This document shows, in pieces, positions 9,732-22,049 of a DNA stretch of 64,000 nucleotides. Positions within the stretch are counted from its first letter, which is position 1. Every line of letters begins with the position of its first letter. The notes below the pieces were generated by a model. It was not told the origin of the DNA. It was given only the letters and a program-made list of their open reading frames with translations, and made no database searches. The position numbers and the translations under genes are program-made. The DNA comes from an uncultured Spartobacteria bacterium (GTDB lineage Bacteria > Verrucomicrobiota > Verrucomicrobiia > Chthoniobacterales > JAATET01). The DNA is taken from NCBI GenBank assembly GCA_938011325.1, contig CALLUD010000006.1, positions 396,125 to 460,124 of the forward strand, given 5' to 3'.

Positions 9732-9815
9732 CGTCTTTTCGACGTTTTCCACTTGTCGCACGCCGATCGTGCGCGATATTGCGCGGTTTCGGTATCGAAG
9801 TTGTAACCTGACAGA

Positions 9816-10031
9816 ATGGACAATATCATCCAAGCCCGTGACTTGCAGATCGAGCGCAAGCACTTCTTCATCGAGTTCCGCGAGAACGACCGCGGAAAAT
9901 TCGTTCGCATCACGGAGGAGGCGCACGGTCGGCGCAATTCGATCATCATCCCGAGCACGGGCCTCGCGGAGTTCGCGCGCCATTTCGAAGACATTGCGAA
10001 CGCCGCAATCGGCGAGTCGCAGCCCGTCTGA
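9816..10031 (+). CDS. Small PUR-alpha-like (DUF3276-type) nucleic-acid-binding protein
   Basis: 71 aa. LQIERKHFFIEFRENDRGKFVRITEEAHGRRNSIIIPSTGLAEFARHF matches the single PUR repeat pattern (beta-sheet FF/F.RI plus R..I.IP..GL.EF helix), recognised from memory. Confidence 0.65.
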   Translation: MDNIIQARDLQIERKHFFIEFRENDRGKFVRITEEAHGRRNSIIIPSTGLAEFARHFEDIANAAIGESQPV

Positions 10032-10121
10032 GCCGGCTCCGCTCGCTCTCGACCCCTGAAATTGGCCTTCGGGCCTTCCCCGCGCCAGGGCGGAATTCGC
10101 GTTTTCACGCGTGGCGGCGCG

Positions 10122-10149
10122 TTGACAGCACTTGTCTGCCTGATATCAA
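10122..10149 (+). promoter_or_regulatory. Sigma70-like promoter candidate for ppdK
   Basis: TTGACA (10122..10127), 16-nt spacer, TATCAA (10144..10149), about 35 nt upstream of the ppdK ATG. Confidence 0.35.
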
Positions 10150-10184
10150 GGACGGTTCCCGTTCAACTCTTTTCTTTAACATCC

Positions 10185-12989
<2,805 letters not shown>

Positions 12990-13000
12990 CGATTACCAAC

Positions 13001-13033
13001 TCAGCCGCGGTCCTTCCCAGGGGCCGCGGCTGA
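13001..13033 (+). terminator. GC-rich hairpin downstream of ppdK
   Basis: TCAGCCGCGGTCC...GGGCCGCGGCTGA forms a roughly 13-bp stem with one G-U pair. There is no clear U-tract. Confidence 0.45.
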
Positions 13034-13053
13034 CGGGAATTTCCCTCCCGTCC

Positions 13054-13086
13054 AAAAAGCCGCCCTGAATTCCGGGGCGGCTTTTT
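13054..13086. terminator. Bidirectional intrinsic terminator between the convergent ppdK and HAD hydrolase genes
   Basis: AAAAAGCCGCCC-tgaattccg-GGGCGGCTTTTT: a perfect stem flanked by an A-run and a T-run. Confidence 0.7.
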
Positions 13087-13114
13087 GTATTTCAAGGTTC
13101 GCGCATCGGGGAAT

Positions 13115-13888
13115 TCAGCACCCGAGCAGCGCCGGGAGATCGGCGAAGGAATCGATCACCAAATCCGGTCGCACCGGCGACTTCTGCAGCTCCTGCTCAC
13201 GAAACTTCCCCGTGCGCACGAGCACGCCGGTGAGACCGGCATTCATTCCCCCGCCAACGTCGCCCTCGAGGTCGTCCCCCACCGACGCCACCTCCGCCGG
13301 CGGCAGTCCCAGCACCGCAATGGCGGTCTCGAAGAACGTCTTCGCCGGCTTGCCCAGCAGCACCGCTTCGCATTGCGCCCCGTATTCCAGCGCCCGCACA
13401 AACGCCCCCACGTCGAGACACATTCCATCGCCGCCTCGAAACATCCGGTTTTCCGCAAGCGCGTAAAGCGTCGCACCGTCGAGAAGCAGCCGGAAAGCCG
13501 CATTCAACCGCTCGTAGCTGAACTGATCGCCCAAATCGCCGACGACCACGGCATCGGCTCCTTCGTCCACGGGCTCGATTCCGTGCATGTCCGCAATCAC
13601 CTCGTCCCTCAACAGAAAATGCGCCCGCTTTACGCCGCGATCCATCAGCGCTGCCGCCGCGACGCGTGGCGCTGTGAGGATGTGCCCGGGATCGATCGCA
13701 AAGCCCATTGCATCGAGGCGTTCGGCAATCGCCCGCCGCGGCTTGCTCGTTGTATTCGTCACGAACCGGATCGGCACGCCCCGCAGGCGTTTCAGCGCGT
13801 CCCGTGTGCCCGGCAGCGCCTCGTTGCCGACGTAAAGCGTGCCATCCAGATCGACCAGCAATCCTCGAATGCCCTCCAGCTCGCCCAT
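13115..13888 (-). CDS. HAD-superfamily subfamily IIA hydrolase (sugar-phosphatase-like)
   Basis: LLVDLDGTLY (motif I), FVTNTTS (motif II), GKP, GDDLEGDV (motif IV). I trimmed the 408-aa track ORF. An alternative ATG lies at 13922..13924. Confidence 0.85.
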   Translation of the reverse strand: MGELEGIRGLLVDLDGTLYVGNEALPGTRDALKRLRGVPIRFVTNTTSKPRRAIAERLDAMGFAIDPGHILTAPRVAAAALMDRGVKRAHFLLRDEVIADMHGIEPVDEGADAVVVGDLGDQFSYERLNAAFRLLLDGATLYALAENRMFRGGDGMCLDVGAFVRALEYGAQCEAVLLGKPAKTFFETAIAVLGLPPAEVASVGDDLEGDVGGGMNAGLTGVLVRTGKFREQELQKSPVRPDLVIDSFADLPALLGC

Positions 13889-14253
13889 GGGCGACAGCTT
13901 AGCACGCGTCAGATTCCGGCGCATCGCTGCTTTTGCTTCCGGGCGGGGTATGCAAAAAGTCTCCCGTGCGACTCTCGACAGAAATGCTCGCCCGGTGTCA
14001 GGCACGCGCGCAACAGCTTGTTCCCGGAGTGGTTTGTGAAACCGCCGACCACATCGACCCGGGCATCGAAGCCGAGATGCTCTGTCTCGTCCGTCCCGAA
14101 AACGGGGAGGCTCCACCCGGTCGGACCTGCATCGCGCGCCTCCCTCATCTTCGCCCCGAGCCGCTTCACGCGCGACTCGGAAGGTGGTCATCGAGTCTCG
14201 GCCGCGCGTTCGGTCCGTCCGGCTGGTTTCATCATGTCGGTTCCCGTCCCTGC

Positions 14254-14787
14254 ATGCGCGCCGAACCCGGAATCGTCGAGGAATACTGGCTGGCCGGCAC
14301 GTCCACCGCAAAGGTCCATCCGCTGCCACCGCGCTTTGCAATCCATTGCGCCACGGTCGGTGGAATCGGCCAGCTCCCGGTGGTCGGCGCCAACACCGCC
14401 TCGCTGCTCACCGTTCTCGCCGTCGCCGCCTTGTCATTTGTGCTGCCGCCGGCACCGGTTGCCGGAGTCATCGCATTGGTCTCGACCGTCCTCTGCATCG
14501 TCGTGGAGTCCGCCGCCGCGCGATGGTTCCTTTCCCCGGACGCCCGGGAATTCGTGCTGGATGAAGTCGCTGGAGCGGCCGCTGCGATGATGTTCCTCCC
14601 CGCGCACGCTTCCGGCTGGCTCTTCGTCTTCGCGTTCATCGGCTTCCGCTTTTTCGACATTCTCAAGCCCGGCATTCAATGGGTCGAACGGCTCCCGATT
14701 CCCGGAAAAGTCGTCTGGGATGATCTTCTTGCCGGCCTTTACACCGGACTTCTCATCCTTCTCACCACCCTCCTTCTCCTACAATGA
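14254..14787 (+). CDS. pgpA: Phosphatidylglycerophosphatase A; start uncertain
   Basis: FRFFDILKPGIQWVERLPIPGKVVWDDLLAGLYTG is the PgpA C-terminal signature. TM segments lie upstream. Its stop overlaps the next start (ATGA at 14784). Confidence 0.8.
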   Translation: MRAEPGIVEEYWLAGTSTAKVHPLPPRFAIHCATVGGIGQLPVVGANTASLLTVLAVAALSFVLPPAPVAGVIALVSTVLCIVVESAAARWFLSPDAREFVLDEVAGAAAAMMFLPAHASGWLFVFAFIGFRFFDILKPGIQWVERLPIPGKVVWDDLLAGLYTGLLILLTTLLLLQ

Positions 14788-15764
14788 TCGCCTCCCGTCT
14801 CCTCGAGTTTGGAAAACAGAACGCCATCGAAGTCGCCCCGCTCGAACTTCCGCCTCCCGCACCAAACGAGGTTCAGCTCGAAATGCTCGCCTCGCCGATC
14901 AACCCGGCGGACATCAACATCATCGAGGGCACCTACGGGCAGCTTCCCTCGCTTCCCGCGATCATCGGAAACGAGGGCGCAGGTCGCGTGGTCGCCGTCG
15001 GCGTCGAGGTCACCAATCGCGAGGTCGGACAACTGGTCGCCCCGCTCGAACTGGGCTCCTGGTGCAGCCATCGAAACATCGCTGCCGACAGGACCATTCC
15101 GCTCCCTCCCGGCACGGATCCCCGGCAGGCCGCGATGCTCACCGTGAATCCGCCCACTGCGTTCCTGATGCTCCGGCAATTCGTCACGCTCAACCCGGGC
15201 GACTGGGTCGTCCAGAATGCGGCCAACTCCGGCGTCGGCCGCTGCGTCATCCAGATCGCGAAGCACCTCGGGCTTCGCACGCTGAATATCGTGCGCAGAC
15301 CAGAGCTGATCGAGGAATTGCGCGCGCTTGGAGCGGACCAGGTCGTTCTCGAGGAAACGGACCTCAAGGAATGCGCGCGCGACCTCATGGGCGGCGCGAG
15401 CGCGCGGCTTGCACTGAACGCCGTCGGCGGCACCAGCGCGCTCAACCTTGCCAATGCGCTGGAAAATGGAGGCCATCACGTCACCTACGGCGCGATGGGA
15501 CGCCAGCCGCTGAAGATTCCCAACGGCCTGGTGATCTTTCGCGGGATCACCTTCCACGGCTTCTGGCTCCGTCGCTGGTTCCGGGATACGGACCTCGCCG
15601 AGCAGCAGGCGACCTTCTCCCGACTTGCGCAGATGGTGAAGGACGGCGTCCTGCACGTGCCCGTTCACGCGACGTTCCCACTCACGGAGATTCGGGAGGC
15701 ACTGGCCTGCGCAGCCGGAGAGAAGCGCTCGGGCAAGGTTCTGCTCGACCTGAACGTCGCGTAA
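14784..15764 (+). CDS. MDR-family 2-enoyl thioester reductase / quinone oxidoreductase-like protein
   Basis: EMLASPINPADINIIEGTYG and VVQNAANSGVG. Overall ETR1/MECR-like MDR pattern. Confidence 0.75.
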   Translation: MIASRLLEFGKQNAIEVAPLELPPPAPNEVQLEMLASPINPADINIIEGTYGQLPSLPAIIGNEGAGRVVAVGVEVTNREVGQLVAPLELGSWCSHRNIAADRTIPLPPGTDPRQAAMLTVNPPTAFLMLRQFVTLNPGDWVVQNAANSGVGRCVIQIAKHLGLRTLNIVRRPELIEELRALGADQVVLEETDLKECARDLMGGASARLALNAVGGTSALNLANALENGGHHVTYGAMGRQPLKIPNGLVIFRGITFHGFWLRRWFRDTDLAEQQATFSRLAQMVKDGVLHVPVHATFPLTEIREALACAAGEKRSGKVLLDLNVA

Positions 15765-15821
15765 AAACGAAACGGCTGGAGCCTTTCGACTCCAGCCGCT
15801 GCGAATCGTTGATTCCGTCGA

Positions 15822-18389
15822 TCAGTCCTTCTCCGGGACGACCTCGACGATTTCCACATCGACCATCTGACCGTGCTCGGTCTGGTGCGTGTGGGAGGCG
15901 ATCACATTTTTGCCTCCGGGCTTGAGGGCCTTCTTCGCCTCCTCCGAGATGTCAAACACCTGGAAGTCGGGCGAGAAGCCGCTCGTCGTGCAGGCGGGCA
16001 CTCCGTTGATGTAAACCTCGGTGTCCTCGTCGTAGACGATACTCAGCCGCACATTGCTCACATCAACTCCCGTGGGAAGATTAAACTCCCGGCGCATCCA
16101 GATGTCCGGAGAATCCCAGCGCGTCTTCGCCGTGACGGTCGAGCCGTCCGTGCCAAACGGCGCCTTGCCCTGCCGCCAGGTCGAGTCGTTGTAATCCGCG
16201 GCATACCAGTCGCTGCCGGGCTGGTCGGTGGTGTATTTCCAGGTTTGCTCGCCGGGAATGATCGGCTTGGTTTTTGGCGGCCTCGGCTGCTTCGCCCAAT
16301 TGCCCGGCGTCGTCTCGCCCCTCTTTGCCCACTTCGCCCAGGTCTTCGGGTCCTCGAGCAGCTTGATGAACACGCCGCCCACGACCGAGCGCGCCTTGAA
16401 TCCGCGCTGCTTCGGCTCGTTCGTCCAATACCAGTCGGTCATCGGCACGCGATCCGGCGTCTCGTTGAGGAAATCCCAGATCGGCTCGACAAGGGCAACG
16501 AAGTCGCTCTGTTTGCCGGTCAACGTCGCGGACCAGACAATCCAGTCGAGCTTCGTGTAGTCCGAGCGGTTGTCGAGCGGCAGACCGTATTTGTTCTGCT
16601 TCTGCTTGTAGTAGGCGAGTTCACTTTCCGCGAGCGAGGGCGGGAAGAGGTTGATCCCGAGCAGGCGGTCCCACACGAGGTTGTATTTCTGCGCCCACGT
16701 GCCCTTCTTGTCGAAGGCAAGCTTCGTGTGGTTGCCGTCCTTCGCCTCGGTCATCCACTGCTTGGCGAATTTCTCCGCGATGCCGCGATATTTCTTCGCC
16801 GCAACGGTGTCTCCGCGCATCTGGCAAAGCATCGCATAACCACCGAGTGCCTCGATCGCCTTCATGGAAAGGTTCACGTTGTGCGCGAGATGCCCGGCAA
16901 AGTCGTCGGTGCAAAGCTGGTTCTCCGGATCGAAGCCCTTGTCGGCGAGGTAGTCAGCCCACTTCGTGAGCACGTCCCAATACTTGTCGGCAAACTTCGT
17001 GTTGCCATCGATCTTGGAGATGGCCGCGACGAGAAGCAGCATGTTGCCGCACTCCTCAACCGGCATCTGATCCTTTTCGCTCTTTTCGCCGCCGCCGTAA
17101 ACCTGGCCGTTCGCCATGGGATACTGGCCAATGTCATGCGGAGCGAAGTCGAACTGCCACTGGTCGCTTTGTGCGTAATCGAGGATCGGCACAACCATCG
17201 CCTTCATGAGCGTCGGCGAGGTCAGCAGATACAGCGGCGCCGACGGATAGGTCACGTCCACGGTGGCGATGCAGCCGTTGCTGTTGTTCTCCTTCGAGAA
17301 GAAGAGCGGCTCGCCATTGTCGTCGGCCACCAGGCCGTGCGCGGAGATCGACTGACGGTAGGCCAGTGCGGCGATATCCGCATAAAGCTCGCCGCCGGCT
17401 GCTTCGAGATCCTTCATCAACTCGGCATCCACCGTGTCGGCCATCTGGTTGACCTTGGCGTAGTCCTGCGCGGCGGTTTTCAGCAGCTGGATCGGCTCCA
17501 TGCCGTCCTTTCGCCAATACGGCGGGAGATTCTTCCGCATGTATTGCACCGAGCCGATCTCGTCGTAGGCGATCATCGCGTAGCGCGCCACGGGCTGCGA
17601 GGATACCCTGCCGAAATCAAGCGCCAGCGCTAGGGTCGAGCGTCCGCTCTCCGCAGGCTTCGGCATGTCACCGGTCGAATCCGGCGGCAGGCTGCCGTCC
17701 TTCATGAAGGTGCTCGTCAAATCCTCAAAATCCCCAATCGAGCCCGTCGTTCCGTTCGCAGGAGCCGCGAGATACGCATACCCCCAGTCGATGCGGATGT
17801 CGTCGCCGCGCCGCGCGAGCACGCGCTGCGTCTTCGACCCCGTTTTCAACACGACGAGGCCATCCGCCTCTTCGCGTGACGAGATGATCTCCTGGTTCGG
17901 GCGGTCCACCGCAATCTCGCTCGCCGCGTCGAAATAGACCTTCACATCGTGCGCCCGGCCGTCCGCCGATTTCACCTTCCAGGTCACATAGGTCACCGGC
18001 CGCGCCAGAATGTCGAGATCCTGCGGGATGAGCGGAGAGAGGAAGGTCATCTCGACCTCCACCTGACTGTTCGCAAAAACGTAAATTGTCTTCAGCGGCA
18101 GCACTTCCACGCTCTTCTGAGGCAGCGGGTTCGCGCTCCCGGGAGCATTGCCCATCAGGCGATACGTCTTGTCGTCCACACGAATCAGGCTCGTGAGCTT
18201 GTGCTCGGCGCCCGTCCAATGCTGGGTGGCGGCTTCATTCAGTTTATCCGCCGGTGACCAGATGGAAAAATAGGGCGTGTGGGTGACCAGCGGAACTGCC
18301 GGCGGACGAAGCGCTTCGGCGGCGTGAGCGGTCGCCGACAACGCTGCGATACACAACGTCAGGAGGACTCGGGGGTATTTCATAAGCAC
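15822..18389 (-). CDS. Secreted glutaminase-A-like (DUF4965/DUF1793-type) putative glycoside hydrolase with a C-terminal galactose-binding-like domain
   Basis: Signal peptide (LTLCIAALSATAHA). The N-terminal PPAVPLVTHTPYFSIWS...DKTYRLMG pattern is typical of this family. The C-terminal roughly 150 aa (WKYTTDQPGSDWYAADYNDSTWRQGKAPFG...) resembles sugar-binding jelly-roll domains. Confidence 0.8.
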   Translation of the reverse strand: MLMKYPRVLLTLCIAALSATAHAAEALRPPAVPLVTHTPYFSIWSPADKLNEAATQHWTGAEHKLTSLIRVDDKTYRLMGNAPGSANPLPQKSVEVLPLKTIYVFANSQVEVEMTFLSPLIPQDLDILARPVTYVTWKVKSADGRAHDVKVYFDAASEIAVDRPNQEIISSREEADGLVVLKTGSKTQRVLARRGDDIRIDWGYAYLAAPANGTTGSIGDFEDLTSTFMKDGSLPPDSTGDMPKPAESGRSTLALALDFGRVSSQPVARYAMIAYDEIGSVQYMRKNLPPYWRKDGMEPIQLLKTAAQDYAKVNQMADTVDAELMKDLEAAGGELYADIAALAYRQSISAHGLVADDNGEPLFFSKENNSNGCIATVDVTYPSAPLYLLTSPTLMKAMVVPILDYAQSDQWQFDFAPHDIGQYPMANGQVYGGGEKSEKDQMPVEECGNMLLLVAAISKIDGNTKFADKYWDVLTKWADYLADKGFDPENQLCTDDFAGHLAHNVNLSMKAIEALGGYAMLCQMRGDTVAAKKYRGIAEKFAKQWMTEAKDGNHTKLAFDKKGTWAQKYNLVWDRLLGINLFPPSLAESELAYYKQKQNKYGLPLDNRSDYTKLDWIVWSATLTGKQSDFVALVEPIWDFLNETPDRVPMTDWYWTNEPKQRGFKARSVVGGVFIKLLEDPKTWAKWAKRGETTPGNWAKQPRPPKTKPIIPGEQTWKYTTDQPGSDWYAADYNDSTWRQGKAPFGTDGSTVTAKTRWDSPDIWMRREFNLPTGVDVSNVRLSIVYDEDTEVYINGVPACTTSGFSPDFQVFDISEEAKKALKPGGKNVIASHTHQTEHGQMVDVEIVEVVPEKD

Positions 18390-18529
18390 GAAAAGGAGCC
18401 ACAGAGCTTAACCGGGAACCCCGCCTTGTCATGCGCAAACCGAAAAAATGTGGATCCGCGGCCGATCAGCCATTTTTTGTGCCCGCAAATTCGTTGCCTC
18501 GCGCGCCGCGATTTGGTGCGGTGTGCCGG

Positions 18530-19801
18530 ATGCGCCCACTGCCTGGATTTCGAGATTTTTATCCCGAGGATTGCGCCCGCCGCGGCTATCTCCTTGACGG
18601 ATGGAAACACGTCGCGCGCCGCTATGGCTTCGTGGAGATGGACGGTCCGGTGCTGGAATCCATGGACCTCTACGCGAAGAAGAACGAAAGCGGCGCGGAG
18701 ATTCTCGGGCAGCTCTATCAATTTCAGGACCGCGGCGAGCGCCAGGTCGCGCTGCGCCCGGAAATGACGCCCACCCTCGCGCGAATGGTCATTGCGAAGG
18801 AGCGGGCCTATCGCAAACCGATGAAGTGGTTCAGCACGGCGAACTTCTTCCGCTACGAGCGCCAGCAAAAAGGCCGCCTGCGCGAGTTCATCCAGTTCAA
18901 CGCGGATCTCATCGGCGACGCTTCGACCGCCGCGGATGCGGAGGTGGTCTCGCTGGTCATCGATCTCCTGCGCCACTTCGGGCTGACGCACGAGGATTTC
19001 GTCATCCGCCTTAGCGACCGCACCGCATGGGTGCGTTTTCTGGAATCGAAGGGCTGCACCGACACCCGCTCCGTGCTCGCAATCATCGACAAACTGGAGC
19101 GCGAACCCGAGGAGTCGCTGAATGCCAAACTCGCACCGCACGGCCTGAGGGTCCCCGATCTGCGGGAGTTCATTTCCAGTGGAAGCCCGGAGCATTTCGC
19201 GCCGCTGCTCGAGCAGATCGACGCCCGCGGCCTGCGCGCCTTTGTCGAGGTGGACCTCTCGATCGTGCGGGGTCTTGCCTATTACACGGGGCTCGTTTTC
19301 GAGGCCTTTGACCGCGGAAAATCCATGCGCGCCCTCGCCGGCGGCGGTCGTTACGACAACCTGCTCGCGAACCTCAGCGACGGCTCCGTGAATCTCCCGG
19401 CCATCGGCTTCGGGATGGGCGATGTCGTGCTTGGCGATCTTCTGGAGGAACTTCCCCACACAAAGACACGGATGGAGGCCGCCATCGCCGCATCCCCGGC
19501 CGCGGAGGTCTTTGTGGTCATCGCCGACGAAGCCCATCGAAAGGACGCCCTCGGCGTCGTGCAGGCGCTTCGCGAGGCGGGATTCCGCACCGATTTCCCC
19601 CTCGGCGAGGCCAAGGTCGGGAAGCAGTTCCAGACCGCCGGCCAGCTCGGCGCGAGGTTCGCCGTCGTAATCGGCGGGGAATGGCCCTCCGTGAAGGTCA
19701 AGACGCTGTCCACCCGTGAGGAGGTCACGATCGCCCGGGAGGCGCTTTCCGAGTGGCTGGCGAAGAACAAGGATTGCCAGCCCTCCCTCTCTCAATCTTA
19801 A
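18530..19801 (+). CDS. hisS: Histidine--tRNA ligase
   Basis: GFRDFYPED, QVALRPEMTPTLARM, GGGRYDNL. I trimmed to the ATG at 18530, giving 423 aa, a typical length. Confidence 0.9.
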   Translation: MRPLPGFRDFYPEDCARRGYLLDGWKHVARRYGFVEMDGPVLESMDLYAKKNESGAEILGQLYQFQDRGERQVALRPEMTPTLARMVIAKERAYRKPMKWFSTANFFRYERQQKGRLREFIQFNADLIGDASTAADAEVVSLVIDLLRHFGLTHEDFVIRLSDRTAWVRFLESKGCTDTRSVLAIIDKLEREPEESLNAKLAPHGLRVPDLREFISSGSPEHFAPLLEQIDARGLRAFVEVDLSIVRGLAYYTGLVFEAFDRGKSMRALAGGGRYDNLLANLSDGSVNLPAIGFGMGDVVLGDLLEELPHTKTRMEAAIAASPAAEVFVVIADEAHRKDALGVVQALREAGFRTDFPLGEAKVGKQFQTAGQLGARFAVVIGGEWPSVKVKTLSTREEVTIAREALSEWLAKNKDCQPSLSQS

Positions 19802-19872
19802 TCTTCCCCTTCGCCTGATCCTCATCCCGCCCGGCGGATGACGAGAAAGCGCACGATTAGATCCGGATTTTC

Positions 19873-21654
19873 ATGAAGTATCGTTCACACCATTGCGGCG
19901 CGTTGCGTCCGTCCGACACCGGCAAGGAAGTCACGCTTTGCGGCTGGGTCGATTCGCGTCGCGATCACGGCGGGGTCATTTTCATCGATCTTCGCGACCG
20001 GGAGGGGGTCACCCAGATTGTCTTCCGTCCCGAGGAGCATCCTGCGGTTGCCGAGCAATCCCACGGCCTGCGCAGCGAGGACGTCATCACCGTGACCGGA
20101 AAGGTCGCGCCGCGACTCGCCGGCACCGAGAACCCGAAGCTCGCCACCGGCGGCATCGAGGTCATTGCGACGGCATTGACCGTCCTGAACAAATCCGACG
20201 TGCTCCCGTTCCAGCTCGACGCGAAGGTCGCCAACGAGGACCTGCGACTGGAGTATCGCTACCTCGACCTTCGTCGCCCGCAAATGGCCGCGAACCTCCG
20301 CATGCGGCATCGCGTCGCGAAGAGCACGCGCGATTATTTCGACGAACTCGGCTTCCTCGAAATCGAAACCCCGATTCTGTCGAATCCGACGCCCGAGGGC
20401 GCCCGGGACTTCCTTGTGCCCGCGCGTCTCACGCCCGGGGCCTTCTACGCGCTTCCGCAGGCGCCGCAGCAATACAAGCAGCTCCTCCAGGTCGCCGGCG
20501 TGGAGAAGTATTTCCAGATCGCCCGATGCTTCCGCGACGAGGACCTGCGCGCCGAGCGCCAGCTCGAGTTCACACAGATCGACGTCGAGGCGTCGTTCAC
20601 GACCGACCTCGAGATTCAGACGATCACCGAAGGCCTGCTCGCGCGCATCTGGAAGGAAACACGCGGCATCGACATCCCGACCCCGTTTCCACGCATCACC
20701 TATCAGGAGGCGATGGACCGCTTCGGCTCCGACAAGCCGGACACGCGCTTCGGGCTCGAGATCGCCGAGCTCAGCGACATATTTGCCGCGTCGGAATTCA
20801 AGGTGTTCCGCTCCGTGCTCGACAACGGCGGGGTGATCCGCGCACTCAATGCGAAAGGCGCCGCCGAAAAGCTCTCCAAGGAGCAGCTCAAAAAATGGGA
20901 GGAGTGGGCAAAGACCGAGCTTGGCGCGAAGGGCCTCGCCTACATCAAGGCGAACGCCGCCGGTGAATGGGAGAGCCCGATCGTGAAGTTCTTCTCCGAC
21001 GCGGAGAAGGCCGCGCTCGCCGAGCGTCTCGGATTCGAGGCCGGCGACGTGCTGTTCTTCGGCGCGGACAAATGGGAGGCCGCGTGCGAAACGCTTGGCC
21101 GCGTCCGCCTGCGTTGCGCCGACCTGCTCGGGCTCACGGAAGGCAGCGACGCGCTGAACTTCCTGTGGGTGGTCGATTTTCCGTTGCTGGCGTTCTCCGC
21201 CGAGGAAGGCAAATGGAACGCCGTGCACCATCCGTTCACGCGGCCGAAGGACGAAGACATTCCGTTGCTCGGCTCCGACGACAAGGGCAGGGCTCGCGCC
21301 GTCGCCTACGACGTCGTCCTCAACGGCGTGGAGCTTGGCGGCGGATCGATCCGAATCCACGAGAAGGAGCTTCAATCGAAAATGTTCGAAGCGCTCGGCA
21401 TCGGCCCCGAAGAGCAGCAGGAGAAGTTTGGCCACCTGCTCCGCGCGTTCTCGTTCGGCGCACCGCCGCATGGCGGCATCGCGCTCGGCATGGACCGCAT
21501 CATCATGCTCATCGTCGGCACGGATTCCATTCGCGACGTCATTGCGTTCCCGAAGAACAACCGCGGTCAGGACCTGCTCACCCACTCGCCGGTCCAGGTC
21601 GACTTCAAGCAGCTTCGCGAGCTTTACATCCAGTCCACGGCGAAAAAGGCATGA
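19873..21654 (+). CDS. aspS: Aspartate--tRNA ligase
   Basis: FQIARCFRDEDLRAERQLEFTQID, GGGSIRIH, PPHGGIALGMDR. Confidence 0.95.
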   Translation: MKYRSHHCGALRPSDTGKEVTLCGWVDSRRDHGGVIFIDLRDREGVTQIVFRPEEHPAVAEQSHGLRSEDVITVTGKVAPRLAGTENPKLATGGIEVIATALTVLNKSDVLPFQLDAKVANEDLRLEYRYLDLRRPQMAANLRMRHRVAKSTRDYFDELGFLEIETPILSNPTPEGARDFLVPARLTPGAFYALPQAPQQYKQLLQVAGVEKYFQIARCFRDEDLRAERQLEFTQIDVEASFTTDLEIQTITEGLLARIWKETRGIDIPTPFPRITYQEAMDRFGSDKPDTRFGLEIAELSDIFAASEFKVFRSVLDNGGVIRALNAKGAAEKLSKEQLKKWEEWAKTELGAKGLAYIKANAAGEWESPIVKFFSDAEKAALAERLGFEAGDVLFFGADKWEAACETLGRVRLRCADLLGLTEGSDALNFLWVVDFPLLAFSAEEGKWNAVHHPFTRPKDEDIPLLGSDDKGRARAVAYDVVLNGVELGGGSIRIHEKELQSKMFEALGIGPEEQQEKFGHLLRAFSFGAPPHGGIALGMDRIIMLIVGTDSIRDVIAFPKNNRGQDLLTHSPVQVDFKQLRELYIQSTAKKA

Positions 21655-22028
21655 AGCCGCGCGAGCTGCCCGGCCTTACGGTCACCGTGACTCAGGTCGA
21701 GCACGTCCCCGACATCGAGGGACCGCCGGACAAGCCGCACGTTTTCGTTTACTACATTACGATCGCGAACGACTCCGACGAGGTCGTCACGATCAAGGGG
21801 CGTAAATGGGTCGTGCGTGAAGCGAATGGCGACACGCTGGCCGTGGAGGGCGACGGAGTGGTCGGGGAATTTCCGCGCCTCGAGCGTGGCGACCAGTTCC
21901 ACTACAACAGCTCGCACACCATTGCGTCCGACGCGGTCGCCGAGGGCGCCTACATCGGCCTCACCGACTCGGGCGAGGCCGTCTTTGCACGCATTCCTTC
22001 GTTCGAGATGCGCGTGCCGCGGTTCTAA
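21651..22028 (+). CDS. apaG: ApaG (DUF525) protein
   Basis: 125 aa. YYITIANDSDEVVTIKGRKWVV....GDGVVGEFPRLERGDQFHYNS matches the ApaG pattern. Its start overlaps the aspS stop (ATGA). Confidence 0.85.
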   Translation: MKPRELPGLTVTVTQVEHVPDIEGPPDKPHVFVYYITIANDSDEVVTIKGRKWVVREANGDTLAVEGDGVVGEFPRLERGDQFHYNSSHTIASDAVAEGAYIGLTDSGEAVFARIPSFEMRVPRF

Positions 22029-22049
22029 ACGCGGGCCGGACGCCGCGTT
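22028..22049. terminator. Short hairpin spanning the 19-nt gap between the convergent apaG and response-regulator genes
   Basis: AACGCGG-n8-CCGCGTT: a 7-bp stem that touches both stop codons. Confidence 0.3.

Noticed and set aside
13881-13950. Minus-strand stretch CCCGGAAGCAAAAGCAGC...CUGACGCGUG, which superficially resembles the SRP (4.5S) RNA domain IV sequence.
   Set aside because: The bases around the GGAA tetraloop cannot form the required helix (C-C and C-A oppositions). No complementary 5'/3' arms exist. The stretch overlaps the possible N-terminal extension of the HAD gene.
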